DNA of 63,368 nt, filler included, from Bonamia ostreae (taxonomy: Eukaryota), in the NCBI GenBank assembly GCA_040357525.1. It is 42 parts of 42 records of this genome, joined end to end, with 100 filler letters (N's around TTAATTAATTAA, not from the genome) between each part and the next. Parts side by side here need not be neighbours in the genome. Positions count along the whole stretch, not along the records: positions 10,642 to 12,059 come from JBDODL010001855.1; positions 12,160 to 13,576 come from JBDODL010001856.1; positions 13,677 to 15,093 come from JBDODL010001857.1; positions 15,194 to 16,610 come from JBDODL010001858.1; positions 16,711 to 18,127 come from JBDODL010001859.1; positions 18,228 to 19,644 come from JBDODL010001860.1; positions 19,745 to 21,159 come from JBDODL010001861.1; positions 21,260 to 22,674 come from JBDODL010001862.1; 34 more parts are not named here. One strand, written 5' to 3'. Under the pieces are notes generated by a model. The model saw only the letters and a program-made list of their open reading frames with translations. It searched no databases and was not told the DNA's origin. The first letter of the stretch is position 1; each line of letters starts with the position of its first letter. Made by a program: the position numbers and the translations under genes. Of the stretch, positions 11,435 to 23,240 are shown one piece after another.

Positions 11435-11578
11435 CTTCAAAGAACAAACCTGTACGTATACCGAAACAAATACGTTAAAGTCAATCTATACGATTGTAAA
11501 GGATTCTCAGAAGTGAACGCAATTGATGAGGAAGATGTAAAAAAACTAATAGATGGACACATCAAAGAAGGCTACAAA
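11435..11578 (+). CDS. Internal exon of an IFI44/IFI44L-like gene (host)
   Basis: ttag| 144 nt |gtaaga; LYDCKGFSEVNAIDEEDVKKLIDGHIKEGYK matches the IFI44 pattern .DT.G......DD....L.GH...GY. Confidence 0.65.
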
Positions 11579-11769
11579 GTAAGACTCGTTTAGATATTAA
11601 TAGCAACATTGCTAGTGAAGATTTATTTGGTCCTCTGAGATTTACACATGTGCCCTACTCATATCTGGGCCATTCGTCGTCGGTCGTGTGAAGTTTTCAA
11701 TGTTATTAATTTGTATCTATCACCATATGTGAGCTTAAAACGTCCAAATGGACCACATGATGAACTCTT

Positions 11770-12036
11770 ACCTTTCAGTGAAATGAAAGGTTATTGAATG
11801 ACAACTTAATCATCACTGATCAAAACAAACGTTTCAGTCACCTTTCAGTTACCGTTTTATTATCACCCAGTTCGCGGAATGGCAGGGACATCTCAGTGAC
11901 CATTCAGTGAAGTTCCAGTCGTCCGTCTGTCAAGTTTCGGTGATCCTTTAGTCAAGTTTAAGTTACCAGTCAGTCACATTTCAGTGAGCATTTTAATTAG
12001 AAGTACACGTGTGTCCCCTTTCAGTGACCATTAAGC
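11770..12036 (+). repeat. Degenerate 11-bp minisatellite (NTTCAGTSACC) within a dispersed host repeat
   Basis: Successive 11-mers tctcagtgacc/attcagtgaag/tttcggtgatc/agtcagtcaca/tttcagtgagc; reverse-complement copy at 33410-33700. Confidence 0.65.
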
Positions 12037-12159
12037 TTCCATTAATAATTCATTTGATTNNNNNNNNNNNNNNNNNNNNNNNNNNNNNNNNNNNNNNNNN
12101 NNNTTAATTAATTAANNNNNNNNNNNNNNNNNNNNNNNNNNNNNNNNNNNNNNNNNNNN

Positions 12160-12335
12160 AAAAAATCTGACAAAATAAAAACAAAAAATGGCGACAATAA
12201 TTGTGACAAAAAAAGAACAACAAAATCTCAAAAAAATGGCGACCAAAAAAATCTGACAAAATAAAAACAAAAAATGGCGACAATAATTGTGACAAAAAAA
12301 AGAACAACAAAATCACAAAAAATGGCGACAAAAAA
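12160..12335. repeat. About 86-bp tandem duplication at the contig end
   Basis: aaaaatctgacaaaataaaaacaaaaaatggcgacaataattgtgac... occurs twice. Confidence 0.8.
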
Positions 12336-12370
12336 GTCTAATAAAACAAAGAAGAACAGGACTACATTTA

Positions 12371-12961
12371 TTACATCTGCGCACTCGACGAAGTGTACTT
12401 TGTCACTGCTTTTGTGCCTTCCGCAACGGCGTGCTTCGCTAGTTCCCCCGGCAAAATCAGTCTCACCGCTGTCTGGATTTCCCTGCTCGTTATCTTGTCC
12501 ATGTCGTTGTTGATCGCCAAATGGTTCGACTCGATCGATATCTTCTCCAAGATGTCGTTTATGAAGCTGTTCATTATGTCCATCGCCGTGTTCGAAATCC
12601 CTGTTTCCGGATGGACCTGTTTCAACACTTTGTAAATGTAAGCAGAGTAAGTCTCGCTTCTTTTTCTTTTCAGAGCGCTGTCGGTGTTCGGAATTCCGTC
12701 CGCCGACATGAAGATCTTTTCGCCGGTCGGCGGATGTCTCGCGGCGGGAGGACGGTGTGCGTCAGAGCCGATGTAGCCTTGTTGGCCGAGAATTGGGTTT
12801 TCGAGAGCGATGTTTTCGTAATTGAGTTTCCCGCCCGATTTGCCGATGCCCATTTTGCCGACACCTTTGAACAAAAAAATTGGCCATTTTTAAGGTTTTT
12901 GCGAGGCAAAATAGAAGTAACCTGCTTTGCCATATCCCATTGGAGGTTGTTCTGGTTGCAT
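12371..12961 (-). CDS. H2B: Histone H2B variant with a long N-terminal tail (177 aa)
   Basis: Histone fold [26 protein letters not shown]...[36 protein letters not shown] 12961 and intron 12865-12921 give [26 protein letters not shown]... Confidence 0.93.
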
Positions 12962-13048
12962 TGTTAATAGCTTTGCGCAGTGTACTTTAATGTTTAGTTT
13001 TGCTATATTTGAATCGGTTAAGAATCTGTAAGCAACAGTTGGCTAATT

Positions 13049-13435
13049 CTAATTATGGCTTGTACATAAAAAGTTTTGAAAATTGCTTTGAAATTTATTA
13101 ATTTTTGTGCGCTTGTTCATTTTCTTTTTACGCCGTTTCTCTGCTTTTTTGGCTGTTTTAAGCTTTTCCTTTGCGTTAAGATCGATAAAGTGTTCAGCTT
13201 GCGCCGCGACCAGTTTTTCGTTTTTGTATTCTTCTTCGAGTTTGATTTCTCTTTCCATGTTCATTCTTCTGAGTTTTCTGTACAAATGGAAGTCGTTGCT
13301 GCCGACGCCTGAGACGGAGCTCGGAACATCGAAACAGCGAATTTCGTTGTATTTCTCGTACCGAATCGGTCTTTCTTTTTTGTCTTTCTGTAAATCAGAT
13401 ATTTCTAATTTTGTCAATGTGGATTTTTCCGACAT
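13049..13435 (-). CDS. PRKRIP1: PRKR-interacting protein 1 (DUF1168, splicing factor) homolog
   Basis: SSVSGVGSNDFHLYRKLRR matches SSAGAGSGEFHVYRHLRR; basic C-terminus TAKKAEKRRKKK. Confidence 0.8.
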   Translation of the reverse strand: MSEKSTLTKLEISDLQKDKKERPIRYEKYNEIRCFDVPSSVSGVGSNDFHLYRKLRRMNMEREIKLEEEYKNEKLVAAQAEHFIDLNAKEKLKTAKKAEKRRKKKMNKRTKINKFQSNFQNFLCTSHN

Positions 13436-13676
13436 TTCAAACTGTTTTAAGCTTTTTGCATACAATTTTAATAAGCTTAAAAAATTAATGTCCGTTTATG
13501 TGTTAATTAAATTTTCGTTTCAGAAAATAAATTTCTTTTTTCTTGATAATAATGCTTAAAAGAAATAATGTCTGTGNNNNNNNNNNNNNNNNNNNNNNNN
13601 NNNNNNNNNNNNNNNNNNNNTTAATTAATTAANNNNNNNNNNNNNNNNNNNNNNNNNNNNNNNNNNNNNNNNNNNN

Positions 13677-14965
13677 TCAACTTTTTCCAGAAGGTTTCCA
13701 AAATATTCATATTCTTCTTTTTTCTGAATATTATCCTTGTTCCATTCCGCCACGTTGCTGCCATACCAAATTATGATATTGAAGAAAGTGTCAAGTAACA
13801 AAATTTTGTCTTTTTTGCATGATTGGATATCCAAAATCACCGGTTTCACTTCGGATTCTTAAATTTAACAAAATTTGGGAAACCCATGTTATAGGAAAAG
13901 AGAGGCGGTTGAATCATTGTAATGGAATTGAGCAAATTCTCTCGATTGAGAATGATGCGATAATAAGCGGTTTCGTCGGGCGACGAATTGAAGATGCTCA
14001 TAAATGGTGATCGGCGCAGGTAAAACATGAATTGGGGATAAAATGAAAATTCGGATGACAATCTAAATGTTTCCGGGTGGTTCTTTTCGTACGACGAAAA
14101 GGTTTTTATCTTTTTCATTTTTATAATTTTTTTATTTCATTTTTAAGATTTTTTTTGTTTCTTTTTTTACATTTTTTATTTAATTTTTCTATTTCATTTT
14201 TTACTTAATTTTTTTATTTAATTTTCTTATTTCGTTTTTTTACATTTTTTTATTTAATTTTTTTTATTTCTTTTTTTATATTTTTTATTTAATTTCTAAT
14301 TTTTCTATTTCGTTTTTTACATTTTTTATTTAATTTTTTTATTTCATTTTTTACATTTTTATTTAATTTCTAGTTTTTTTTATTTCGTTTTTTATTTAAT
14401 TTTTTATTTCGTTTTTTACATTTTTTTTATTTCATTTTTTACATTTTTATTTAATTTCTAGTTTTTTTTATTTCTTTTTTTTACATTTTTTATTTAATTT
14501 TTTTTATTTCTTTTTTAACATTTTTATTTTTTTCAAATTTTTCTATTTCCTTTTTTACATTTTTAATTTTTTCAAATTTTTCCAATAATAAAATTTAGCA
14601 AAGAACTAATTTGATGAGAGTGCTATCGAGCCATCTAAAAATATCCGGAGCGAATTCGTTTTCTGCCTTGTAAACAGCCCATCTCGCCATAAGAACACAA
14701 GCAGCTCCTTGGTCAAAACTTGTTTTAATGTTCATGAAGCCATCTCTTGTTTGCATGTCAGCAAATCTTTTTATGTTTGGTCAGTTTGCCAAAAATTAAT
14801 TTTTTCTAATTTTTAATATTTTCATTTTTATAAGATTTTAAAGGATTGCAAAAACTCAATTCCGAGAGTGGTAACTCTGACGAAAGTACTTCCGTGAGAA
14901 TGTTTATATTTTGTCAAAAATTGTATGTAAGCCAACCGGTTGTTTGGAATCGCATTTACATCCTT
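13677..14965 (-). CDS. SEC23: COPII coat Sec23, internal/C-terminal exons (partial)
   Basis: [62 protein letters not shown]. Introns include 13858-13883 (26 nt) and 14110-14606 (497 nt, low-complexity repeats). Confidence 0.95.
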
Positions 14966-15197
14966 CAAAAATAAAAAAAATATTAGTCAAAAAATAAAAT
15001 TATTAAAATTCATCAAAAATTAGCCAAAATGTAATAAACATTTTATTAAAAATTAGCCAAAAAATAAATAAAAATTTTATTAAAAATTAGCTANNNNNNN
15101 NNNNNNNNNNNNNNNNNNNNNNNNNNNNNNNNNNNNNTTAATTAATTAANNNNNNNNNNNNNNNNNNNNNNNNNNNNNNNNNNNNNNNNNNNNTTGA

Positions 15198-15446
15198 TTA
15201 ATTTAATTCTATATTTTCTATTTTGGCTCTTTCTTCAAGATAAGAAGCATACATATTCATTATTTTTAATTGTCCGTTTAATATGTCATAACTGCATTTT
15301 GGTTTAAACGTTAAAGTTCCTTCTTTATATTTTTTTAGCGTTTCGTTTAAGCCTTGTATTCTTATTTTTAGTTGATAGTACTCAGCCTTAAACCTTTCTT
15401 TAAAATCTTCACTTTCCATCATTTTTGTAGTTTCATTTAACTTCAT
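15198..15446 (-). CDS. Phage protein, crAss001_48-related family (bacterial contaminant contig)
   Basis: AGGAGG RBS before ATG 15446; MKLNETTKMMESEDFKERFKAEYYQLKIR...QL..M..Y...LEERAKIE.I.L resembles that family (recalled). Confidence 0.65.
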   Translation of the reverse strand: MKLNETTKMMESEDFKERFKAEYYQLKIRIQGLNETLKKYKEGTLTFKPKCSYDILNGQLKIMNMYASYLEERAKIENIELN

Positions 15447-15447
15447 A

Positions 15448-15594
15448 TTAAATCCTCCTATTTTTTTCTTTAACTTCAATCGCTCTACTTTGCCTGCTTG
15501 CTTTACTTCTTGCCCCTTTGCCTGTATAACATTTTCCTGTACTGCCCCATTTATAACCTTTCTTGCCTTTATTAGTGCATGACTTGACAGGCAT
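15448..15594 (-). CDS. Small basic phage protein (48 aa)
   Basis: GGAAGGTGA RBS; MPVKSCTNKGKKGYKWGSTGKCYTGKGARSKASRQSRAIEVKEKNRRI; stop is 1 nt before the next ATG. Confidence 0.65.
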   Translation of the reverse strand: MPVKSCTNKGKKGYKWGSTGKCYTGKGARSKASRQSRAIEVKEKNRRI

Positions 15595-15894
15595 TGTTAT
15601 TCACCTTCCTTCTTAACTATTGCACTTCCATCATCTAAATGTTTTATTAGTGTATATTTATAATCAACAGGTGGTGAAACAATTTCACCCTCATGTAATA
15701 GAGCCATATCTTCTATTCTCTTTTTGCGTTTAAATAGCTTCATCTAATCAGCTTCTTTCTTAACTATATCAATCTTAGTATCATCTTTAGTGATAACCTC
15801 TTTGTCTGATATAATAGCCTTAACCATGTCGCTACCGTCTTTTACAACTATTTCTTCGATTTGTTCTCCGTTTCTTTCCATCTGTTCACCTTCC

Positions 15895-16152
15895 TTATAA
15901 TGCTTTGGCTATATTTTTAATTATTTCTTTTAAGCATTTATTATCTTTTATTAATTGGTCATTTTCTTCTACTTGGTAGCTTAATGCTTCTCTTAATTTT
16001 ATTATTTCCTTTTCTTGATATTCAGCTAAGTTTTTAAGAGATACCTCACTTGGTATAGCGTGTTCTTCTTGCGTCAAGTCCTTTACTCTTTCTTTTAACA
16101 ATTGGTTTTTCATTTGTTCACCTTCCATTAATGATTTATTTAACTTTGCCAT
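15895..16152 (-). CDS. Hypothetical coiled-coil phage protein
   Basis: GGAGG RBS overlapping the end of the upstream head gene; tight operon packing. Confidence 0.6.
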   Translation of the reverse strand: MAKLNKSLMEGEQMKNQLLKERVKDLTQEEHAIPSEVSLKNLAEYQEKEIIKLREALSYQVEENDQLIKDNKCLKEIIKNIAKAL

Positions 16153-16154
16153 TG

Positions 16155-16610
16155 TTACTTTCCTCCTACCCTATTATCATACCATTCTTCATATGTCTTG
16201 TATTTAATTACCTTATTCTTGCCATCTACTCCCCTAGCACGTCTAAAGGCTTGTTCTGTCTCGTATCCTTCAAACTCTGTTATGGTTCGGCATCGGCAAT
16301 TAATATCGTCTGCTGCTGTTCCCATCATTCCAGGTCCTGGACCACTAGCACCTGTTACCGGACTTGTAAAGTTTTCGTTAGGTTTTACCTTCTTGCCATC
16401 TAATGCACGGTGGGAACTTCGGGTTCTTTCATCTAGTGAAGCCACCCACACTTTAAGGAAGTTTAACCCTTTATCTTCTGCGTGTTCGTAGCTGTCTTGT
16501 CTAGCCTGGTTAGTAACTCTATGAGTTTCGGTTGCCGCTATTCTTAGCGAATTGTTAGCGTTATTGTTTAGAGATTTCTTTATTCTCTTAGCTACTTTTC
16601 TATAGCTTTC
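16155..16610 (-). CDS. Phage minor head/head morphogenesis protein (SPP1 gp7 / Mu F-like), 5' partial
   Basis: RIAATETHRV...KVWVASLDERTRSSHRALDG...F...GPG..G.A.DDINCRC...Y.EW motifs. Confidence 0.9.
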   Translation of the reverse strand, partial: ESYRKVAKRIKKSLNNNANNSLRIAATETHRVTNQARQDSYEHAEDKGLNFLKVWVASLDERTRSSHRALDGKKVKPNENFTSPVTGASGPGPGMMGTAADDINCRCRTITEFEGYETEQAFRRARGVDGKNKVIKYKTYEEWYDNRVGGK

Positions 16611-16710
16611 NNNNNNNNNNNNNNNNNNNNNNNNNNNNNNNNNNNNNNNNNNNNTTAATTAATTAANNNNNNNNNNNNNNNNNNNNNNNNNNNNNNNNNN
16701 NNNNNNNNNN

Positions 16711-17000
16711 TTTTTTCATCCGTTTTCCTTAATATCTCCAACATTTTTCTATCCACAAATATCGTCTTTTATTAAATTTGTAAAAATTACAATAAAAGAA
16801 AAAACTTTTGGTTTTAATCTTTTTGTGCAAATCGGACATATTAAATCGGTAGAACCGAAATTTAGATTAAATAAATTTTCTAAATCGAAACAGCACAAAT
16901 GCTCGCAATTCGTACTTTTCGCCGGAATTTTTATCTTTTTCATCGTCAATGGACATTTCAAGCTTTATTAAATCAAAAATAATCTTTATTAATTAATAAA
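16711..17000 (-). CDS. MIZ/SP-RING zinc finger (PIAS/Siz-type SUMO E3 ligase); further upstream exons likely to ~17910
   Basis: LKCPLTMKKIKIPAKSTNCEHLCCFDL...ICPICTK, then after a GTTTT intron TIFVDRKMLEIL. Confidence 0.85.
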
Positions 17001-18247
17001 AACAACGTCTTTTTATTCTGACAATGCAAAATATTTAAAGCTGTTTTATAAACTAAGTTTAGTGTTAATATTTAGATTTTTTAATGTTTGTTATTTTTTT
17101 TTAATTTCACTAAAAATTATCGTCAGATTTTATTATATAAAAATGGCGTAAATAATCGTTTTTGTTTTAAAAATAAACCTCACTGTGTTAGAAATCACGT
17201 TAAAGTCATCGTCAAATATTTTTTCCTCGCATTTTGTTTTCTTTGAATCTGATGATTTGCAAAGATATTGATGCATTGGCCAATTAAGTTTTTGGTGCAG
17301 AATCCCACAGTACCACGAAGATTTGCCTTTACGAATTTTAGTAAAAACATTTTGAACATCGATATAAAGATTTTTCGCTACAAATTTCGCAAATTCTAAA
17401 ATTTGCGTATTTTTGAAAAAAATCGTCATCGGATAACTTTTCGTCTAACGTTTTATAGACCATCTTAATGTTAGGTATATTTAAAAACCTCTTCAATGTT
17501 GAGTTTTCGGGTGATTTCCAGGACACAAACTACTCTTTGAAGAGAGCGCGTTCGAATTTTAATTCCAATTTCAGTTTTTCTTTTGTTTGTTTCGTTTTTT
17601 AAAAGTTCTTTTGTGATATTCAAAGTGTTTTTGTTTTTGCTTTTCATCTTTAAAATTATTTTTATGAACCAATTCGATCATGTCCAATTCAAAGAAATTG
17701 TTGTTGATGTAAATGGAAGCTTGGAAGTTGAGCCAATTGACGGGTGATTTGGATTTTATTGAAAATAGCTTTAGCACAAAAGTTCTGGATCGAGTTTGAT
17801 CTTGTGAGCGCCTTTTAATAATCAAAATAAACATTATTTGGAACATATTTCTATCGATCGCGAATGAAAACTCGCTAGTTTTGTCTATTTCTATAATTCG
17901 CTTTTTTGACAATTAAATTTAATACAAATTTTTAATTAAATAACGACAAATTCAACCAAATTGTTTTTTGTTAACTAAAATTTTATTTTCTAAAGGATGT
18001 AAAGGACGTAAAGGATGATTATAAATGATGGATTTCTGTTGTATACAAAATGAACAAGAATCTGATTTTTATAAATGAACTTTATCAAATCAACAATAAA
18101 AACATCGAACTTTTACAATTAACCAAANNNNNNNNNNNNNNNNNNNNNNNNNNNNNNNNNNNNNNNNNNNNTTAATTAATTAANNNNNNNNNNNNNNNNN
18201 NNNNNNNNNNNNNNNNNNNNNNNNNNNAAAACCAAATCGATATTTAC

Positions 18248-18472
18248 CGCTCTCGATTAGGCGAGAAGGAATGCACGCATCCACATATCCATTGGTCATT
18301 GGGCTGTTAAAACAGTGGTATTCCATGTACTGTTCAGGTAGACCGAACCAGTTACCGTATTTTTGCAGACATGCTTTTTTATTTGCTGCCTTCTTCAAAG
18401 ATTCCTCGGAGTCTGGGCAACTCTCCACATATTCCATCGTTGAAAATGTACTCGTACAACCACCCCAACCAT
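18248..18472 (-). CDS. Exon encoding a Cys-rich extracellular domain of a bivalve-type uncharacterised family (host)
   Basis: tgtag| 225 nt |gtaaat; C......V.SCP......AA.KK.C.....YHC......DAC.P...I pattern. Confidence 0.55.
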
Positions 18473-19883
18473 CTACATAAACAAATGTTTACATCCGAAT
18501 GCACTGATTGAGAAAGTATTGAGTGCGTGTTACCATTTTATACATTGGAATTGTTCAAATTTTGCGAAAAGTTAAATTTGATGAATTTGAGAGTACCATG
18601 GGACCTTGATGATCCGGACGTGAAATTTGATTATTCATACTACATCCATACATGATAGCTGTAGTAAGTATTCACAGTTAAAAATTTTCAAAGGTAGACA
18701 ATCTTTAACGAAGCTTATTTGAACATAGCCTCATATAGGAAAATACATGTAGTTGTTAGTTATGATGAACTAATAGAGTATGTATATTCTTGCTTGCGGT
18801 AATTTGTCATTAATCATCTATCCTAGACACATAGAAAAGTCACAACTAATAAAAAAGCAGTTGGTTCTATCTGGTGGACATCAATAGTTGTATTTGTACT
18901 TTAACCATCTACTTTAACACAGTTATTAATTAAAAAATAAAAGATTGATATTATGGATTTAATTTATTGAAGATATACTAAACGACACATTAAGTAAATT
19001 GTTAGTTTACATATATGACCGTAATGTGCTTCGTGTGGATTATTGAAATCCCTTAATTACAAGGAATCATCTCTGAAACAAGTTCTCATGAAATTGAAAT
19101 GTATTGTTTGGTTATTCACAGCATACGTGCAATTGTATTCGATTTATGAATGGTGTATGTTTCATATAATGGCCATCTTTATGTTTAATTCGCGATACTG
19201 TGGTTTAGATTTATTAATATTTTATTCCTTTTAAATAGCATAGGCATCGGAGTAAGAATTATTCATGATTACAACATTATGGATGTACAAAATATGGATG
19301 TACAAAATCTTTTTAGTGGCTAATAAATCAGGAAGCATATCATTTTATACTTGCTATACATTCTGTAGCTAGCGCTTACATTATATCCACACGTAGACTC
19401 GCAGGGGGAATGTAGTTACAATTCCTGTAACGTTTTTTCAGAGAAAACACTATTTACATTTATAAATTGGCCTTTATGTTCATACAATTCACATTAGAAA
19501 ATAAAGGTACAAACCATCAAAATAACATATAGATGTGTAGCAATATTTCAACGTTTAAGAAGTGCTAGTTTGTGTTAGCTTGCGAAAAACACATTAAAGG
19601 GGCAATGACACAGTTCATATGAAAAATTTTTTTTTTTTCGCTTTNNNNNNNNNNNNNNNNNNNNNNNNNNNNNNNNNNNNNNNNNNNNTTAATTAATTAA
19701 NNNNNNNNNNNNNNNNNNNNNNNNNNNNNNNNNNNNNNNNNNNNTGATTCTTCGGATATCAAAGTAAATGGACATTCTGATTTTTGGTTAAACAATCACA
19801 GCGTAATACCAGCTGTATGGATACGTTAAAACAGAAACCAGGTGGTTTGGATTATGTAGAGTATAAAGTCATATACGATTTAC

Positions 19884-20039
19884 CTTCCAACCGCCTCCAT
19901 CCGTAGTTATGTCACAGAACACATTCCTTTTTTTGATTGCCCAGATATATCCCATATACATCATCTTTTCCTTTTAAGTTCGATGATTGTTTCAAAATAT
20001 CACTTCAACTTTCCTGCCGAGAACTCAAGGCTGCATGAA
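19884..20039 (-). pseudogene. Disrupted fibrinogen-related domain (ficolin-like) exon (host)
   Basis: KGKDDVYGIYL / VFCDITTDGGGWK|gtaaat; in-frame TGA at an expected Cys position and a 1-nt frameshift in an A-run. Confidence 0.7.
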
Positions 20040-22473
20040 CTATGTAATAAATATTTGGCGACATTGTATTTCATACATTGGCTGATTTCACAAAAAATAT
20101 AACCAATGTGACTATTTTAAATATATCCTTTCATCATTCGATAGTTTTATCTGAATATCATTCCATTATTCTAGCTGATAGGAAGTGATACCCATGATAA
20201 TTTCAAATTCAAATATTTGCATATCAGGTTGGGGAAAAAGTCAATTTATGAAAATGACAATTTATAGTTAACGTTCAGGGTTCGGATTATTCGAGAACTG
20301 GTTAGCTTTAACACGTGATTAGATTTAAAACAATTTTAAGCCATCATCAATTGATTAGCAACGATTAAATTCATTGGAACTAAAGAAACACTGTGTTAAC
20401 GGAGATAACCACTTGCTGGTCACTTGCTTGCCCACAATTCAGCTTTGCTTCCCATGTAAACAGTATGCAGTTGTAATTAGGTTAGGGTGAAATCGAAAAT
20501 TTCCATTGTTCAGAAGCGTCAGTGAATGCATTAGTTAAGATTTCAATTGTTGTACGAAAGTTGACATAGATTATGAAATACCTATATTTCATTAAATCAA
20601 ATAAATCTTTTATCATTCATAGCGATACCAGTGACTTCGAGTGGGATAAATCATGAAACAGAGCTGTTCATACGGATAGGATTTTGTCTATGGATACACT
20701 GTGAGGTGAATTTAATACACTATTTCTAGATATTTCTAAATTTACCAGATCTTGTTTACAGGGAATAGCTGTTAAAATGTTCATGTATTTGGTAATTTTG
20801 AAACACATGCCTGGCATTAAAACAGAACATGCAAAAAAGTCGGCCACGCACTGAAGATCGTATTCATGGTTTATTCATCTTAAATAATCATACGTGTATT
20901 AGACCACTTTACCTATATTATAGCCATGATAATGATATGTGCATAAGATTGTTAATTCTTCGTTATGAAAAGGTAAAAATGACGAATGATGATCAATTCC
21001 ATAATTCTTATAATTGGTAAACAAGGACCTCTAAAGGTACTAGAGATTGGATCAAGTACTTAGAAGGAATTGGCATCTTCAACCAATGGGACCCGCTACG
21101 ATACATGTGTATTGATATAGGTGAATGGAGTAATATCAGTGTGTAAAAAAGCCTAACAANNNNNNNNNNNNNNNNNNNNNNNNNNNNNNNNNNNNNNNNN
21201 NNNTTAATTAATTAANNNNNNNNNNNNNNNNNNNNNNNNNNNNNNNNNNNNNNNNNNNNCTCTCATTCGAGAAACATATTTTGCCACAAGAAGTCAACTT
21301 TGTTTTATTATAAAAATCTCAAGCTAAATTTTTCCCAGTTCGTTGTTTTCATCGTCACAAATTTCCACACGGACTATCCGGAAAAATTTATTCGTCTTTT
21401 AATTGATGTTTTTTTGTCTTAAAAAATTAAATCCAAATTAAAATAGCAAAAAAAAATTTGATTTAAAAAATATTCGATTTTAAAAACAGAGAATAGTTGA
21501 CAAAAACAAAACAACGACAACGCGAAAAAACAGTGCACTTTATCTCGCTAGTTACATAGTGCGCGCAAAGTTTTTGAAACCGACAATTATTTTCAAATCG
21601 TTGAATGTTTTGGTCGAACTGGCTTTATTCTACTCTGAAAACACAAAATTTTGTAATTTGCCAATTTTCTATTCGATTTGTGAATCGGTTTTTGGAAAAT
21701 TTTTTCAAATGTCAATTTTAAAATTTTAAATTTTAGATATTCCATATTTTCATTTATCGCCACAACTTGTTATCGGAAAGCGGAGAAATAGAGAAAATGA
21801 GCAAAGATTTGTTAAAAATAATTAGCAACGAACCTAAGATCTTAAGACACTGCAGCAGAAACATCGTGATCGCTTTTTCTGTTTTTTCCACGGCGACAAA
21901 TCTGTTCGACTGTTTTTCAGTGCTTTTGTGCCAATTCCGATATTTCTGTCGCAACAAAAGCAATTCGTTTCGTTTTTCCGATCAGCTCAAAAAAGCTGGT
22001 TTGAATCAGGAAAACGGTCCTAGAGATTTTATATGTCAAAACGAAACATATTTTCCATTCGATTTGAATAAACAGACTTTCGAAGCAAAAGATTTGAAAT
22101 TTTTATTCAAATTTGAAGAGTTTTATAGCGACGACAAAAATTTGCAGAGTGATTTGATTTGTGTTTTGGATCAACAAATGAATGAAAATGAAGGTTCTGA
22201 TGATGAAAATGAAGCAATGGAGGAAAGCGACGTAATGGAAATACATTTTGATTAAATTTACAAAATATTTTTCCCTATCTGATTTGGATTCTTTTTCTCG
22301 TTTTCAAGATAACGAAATTGAAAACTGAAAATTTTAAAATCTTCTTGTTAAAAACGGGGAACCCACTTCCGCGTTTATAATAAATGTAACAATCTTTCTG
22401 TCGCGGCATAATTTTTGCTATTTTTTAACAAAATCGAATTGTCTAAAATCAAATTTAGCATTTTTATAAAATA

Positions 22474-22674
22474 ATGGTTTCGCAAAGGTTGATGAAACAG
22501 CAAAAGAAAATTTATTTAATTAGACATGCGCAATCGGAGTACAATTACATGATTAGAAAAATGTGGACATATTTTAATCCCATTTTTTATTATAATAAAT
22601 GTGATTTGGACTTGACTGATCCGGGCCTTTCGTTGCAAGGTTCCAAAACTCTGTTTTCGCTCTTAAAATCCCAA
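22474..22674 (+). CDS. Histidine phosphatase / phosphoglycerate mutase family protein, 3' partial
   Basis: KIYLIRHAQSEYN...DPGLSLQG (RHG/A catalytic motif and D..L...G). Confidence 0.8.
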
Positions 22675-22899
22675 NNNNNNNNNNNNNNNNNNNNNNNNNN
22701 NNNNNNNNNNNNNNNNNNTTAATTAATTAANNNNNNNNNNNNNNNNNNNNNNNNNNNNNNNNNNNNNNNNNNNNTAATATGTACAGGTCTCCATGTTTGC
22801 TCTACACTTAATTTTGTATTTTTATAGGTGTTGTGTGATTGAACACTGTTAGCTATTTCCACCTTCCACAGTTGCAATGACGGAACTTTGGATTAGTAG

Positions 22900-23240
22900 A
22901 GGATCAAGCTAACAGAAAGGACGGTGTTGTTTGGAGGTGCAGCACTCGGCTTTGTAACTAGAAATTTTCAGTAAGAGTAGGACACTGGTTTTTAGGTTAC
23001 CATTTGCTGTCAGAGCAGTCAGTAAAGCTTACTTATTACTCGGTTTACGAACTACCTGCGGATTTTATTTCATGAGAACTGATGATAGGAAGTGACCATA
23101 CTATTGCTGACTGGAAAAGCTTTGCAAGAGAGGCTTGTTTTTGTATTTTAAAACAGGGCAGTGAGAAGATTGGTTGACCAACATAGTAAGGGAGTGGATA
23201 GTTTACGGGTGTTTGGCTGTATAGAAAGGAAGTCCTCAAG
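22900..23240 (+). mobile_element. Degraded Merlin/ISXO2 (IS1595-like) DDE transposase (host)
   Basis: DGVVWRC...C...SVR; HTIADWKSFAREAC...KIG*P; VFGCIER, with stops and deletions. Confidence 0.65.
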
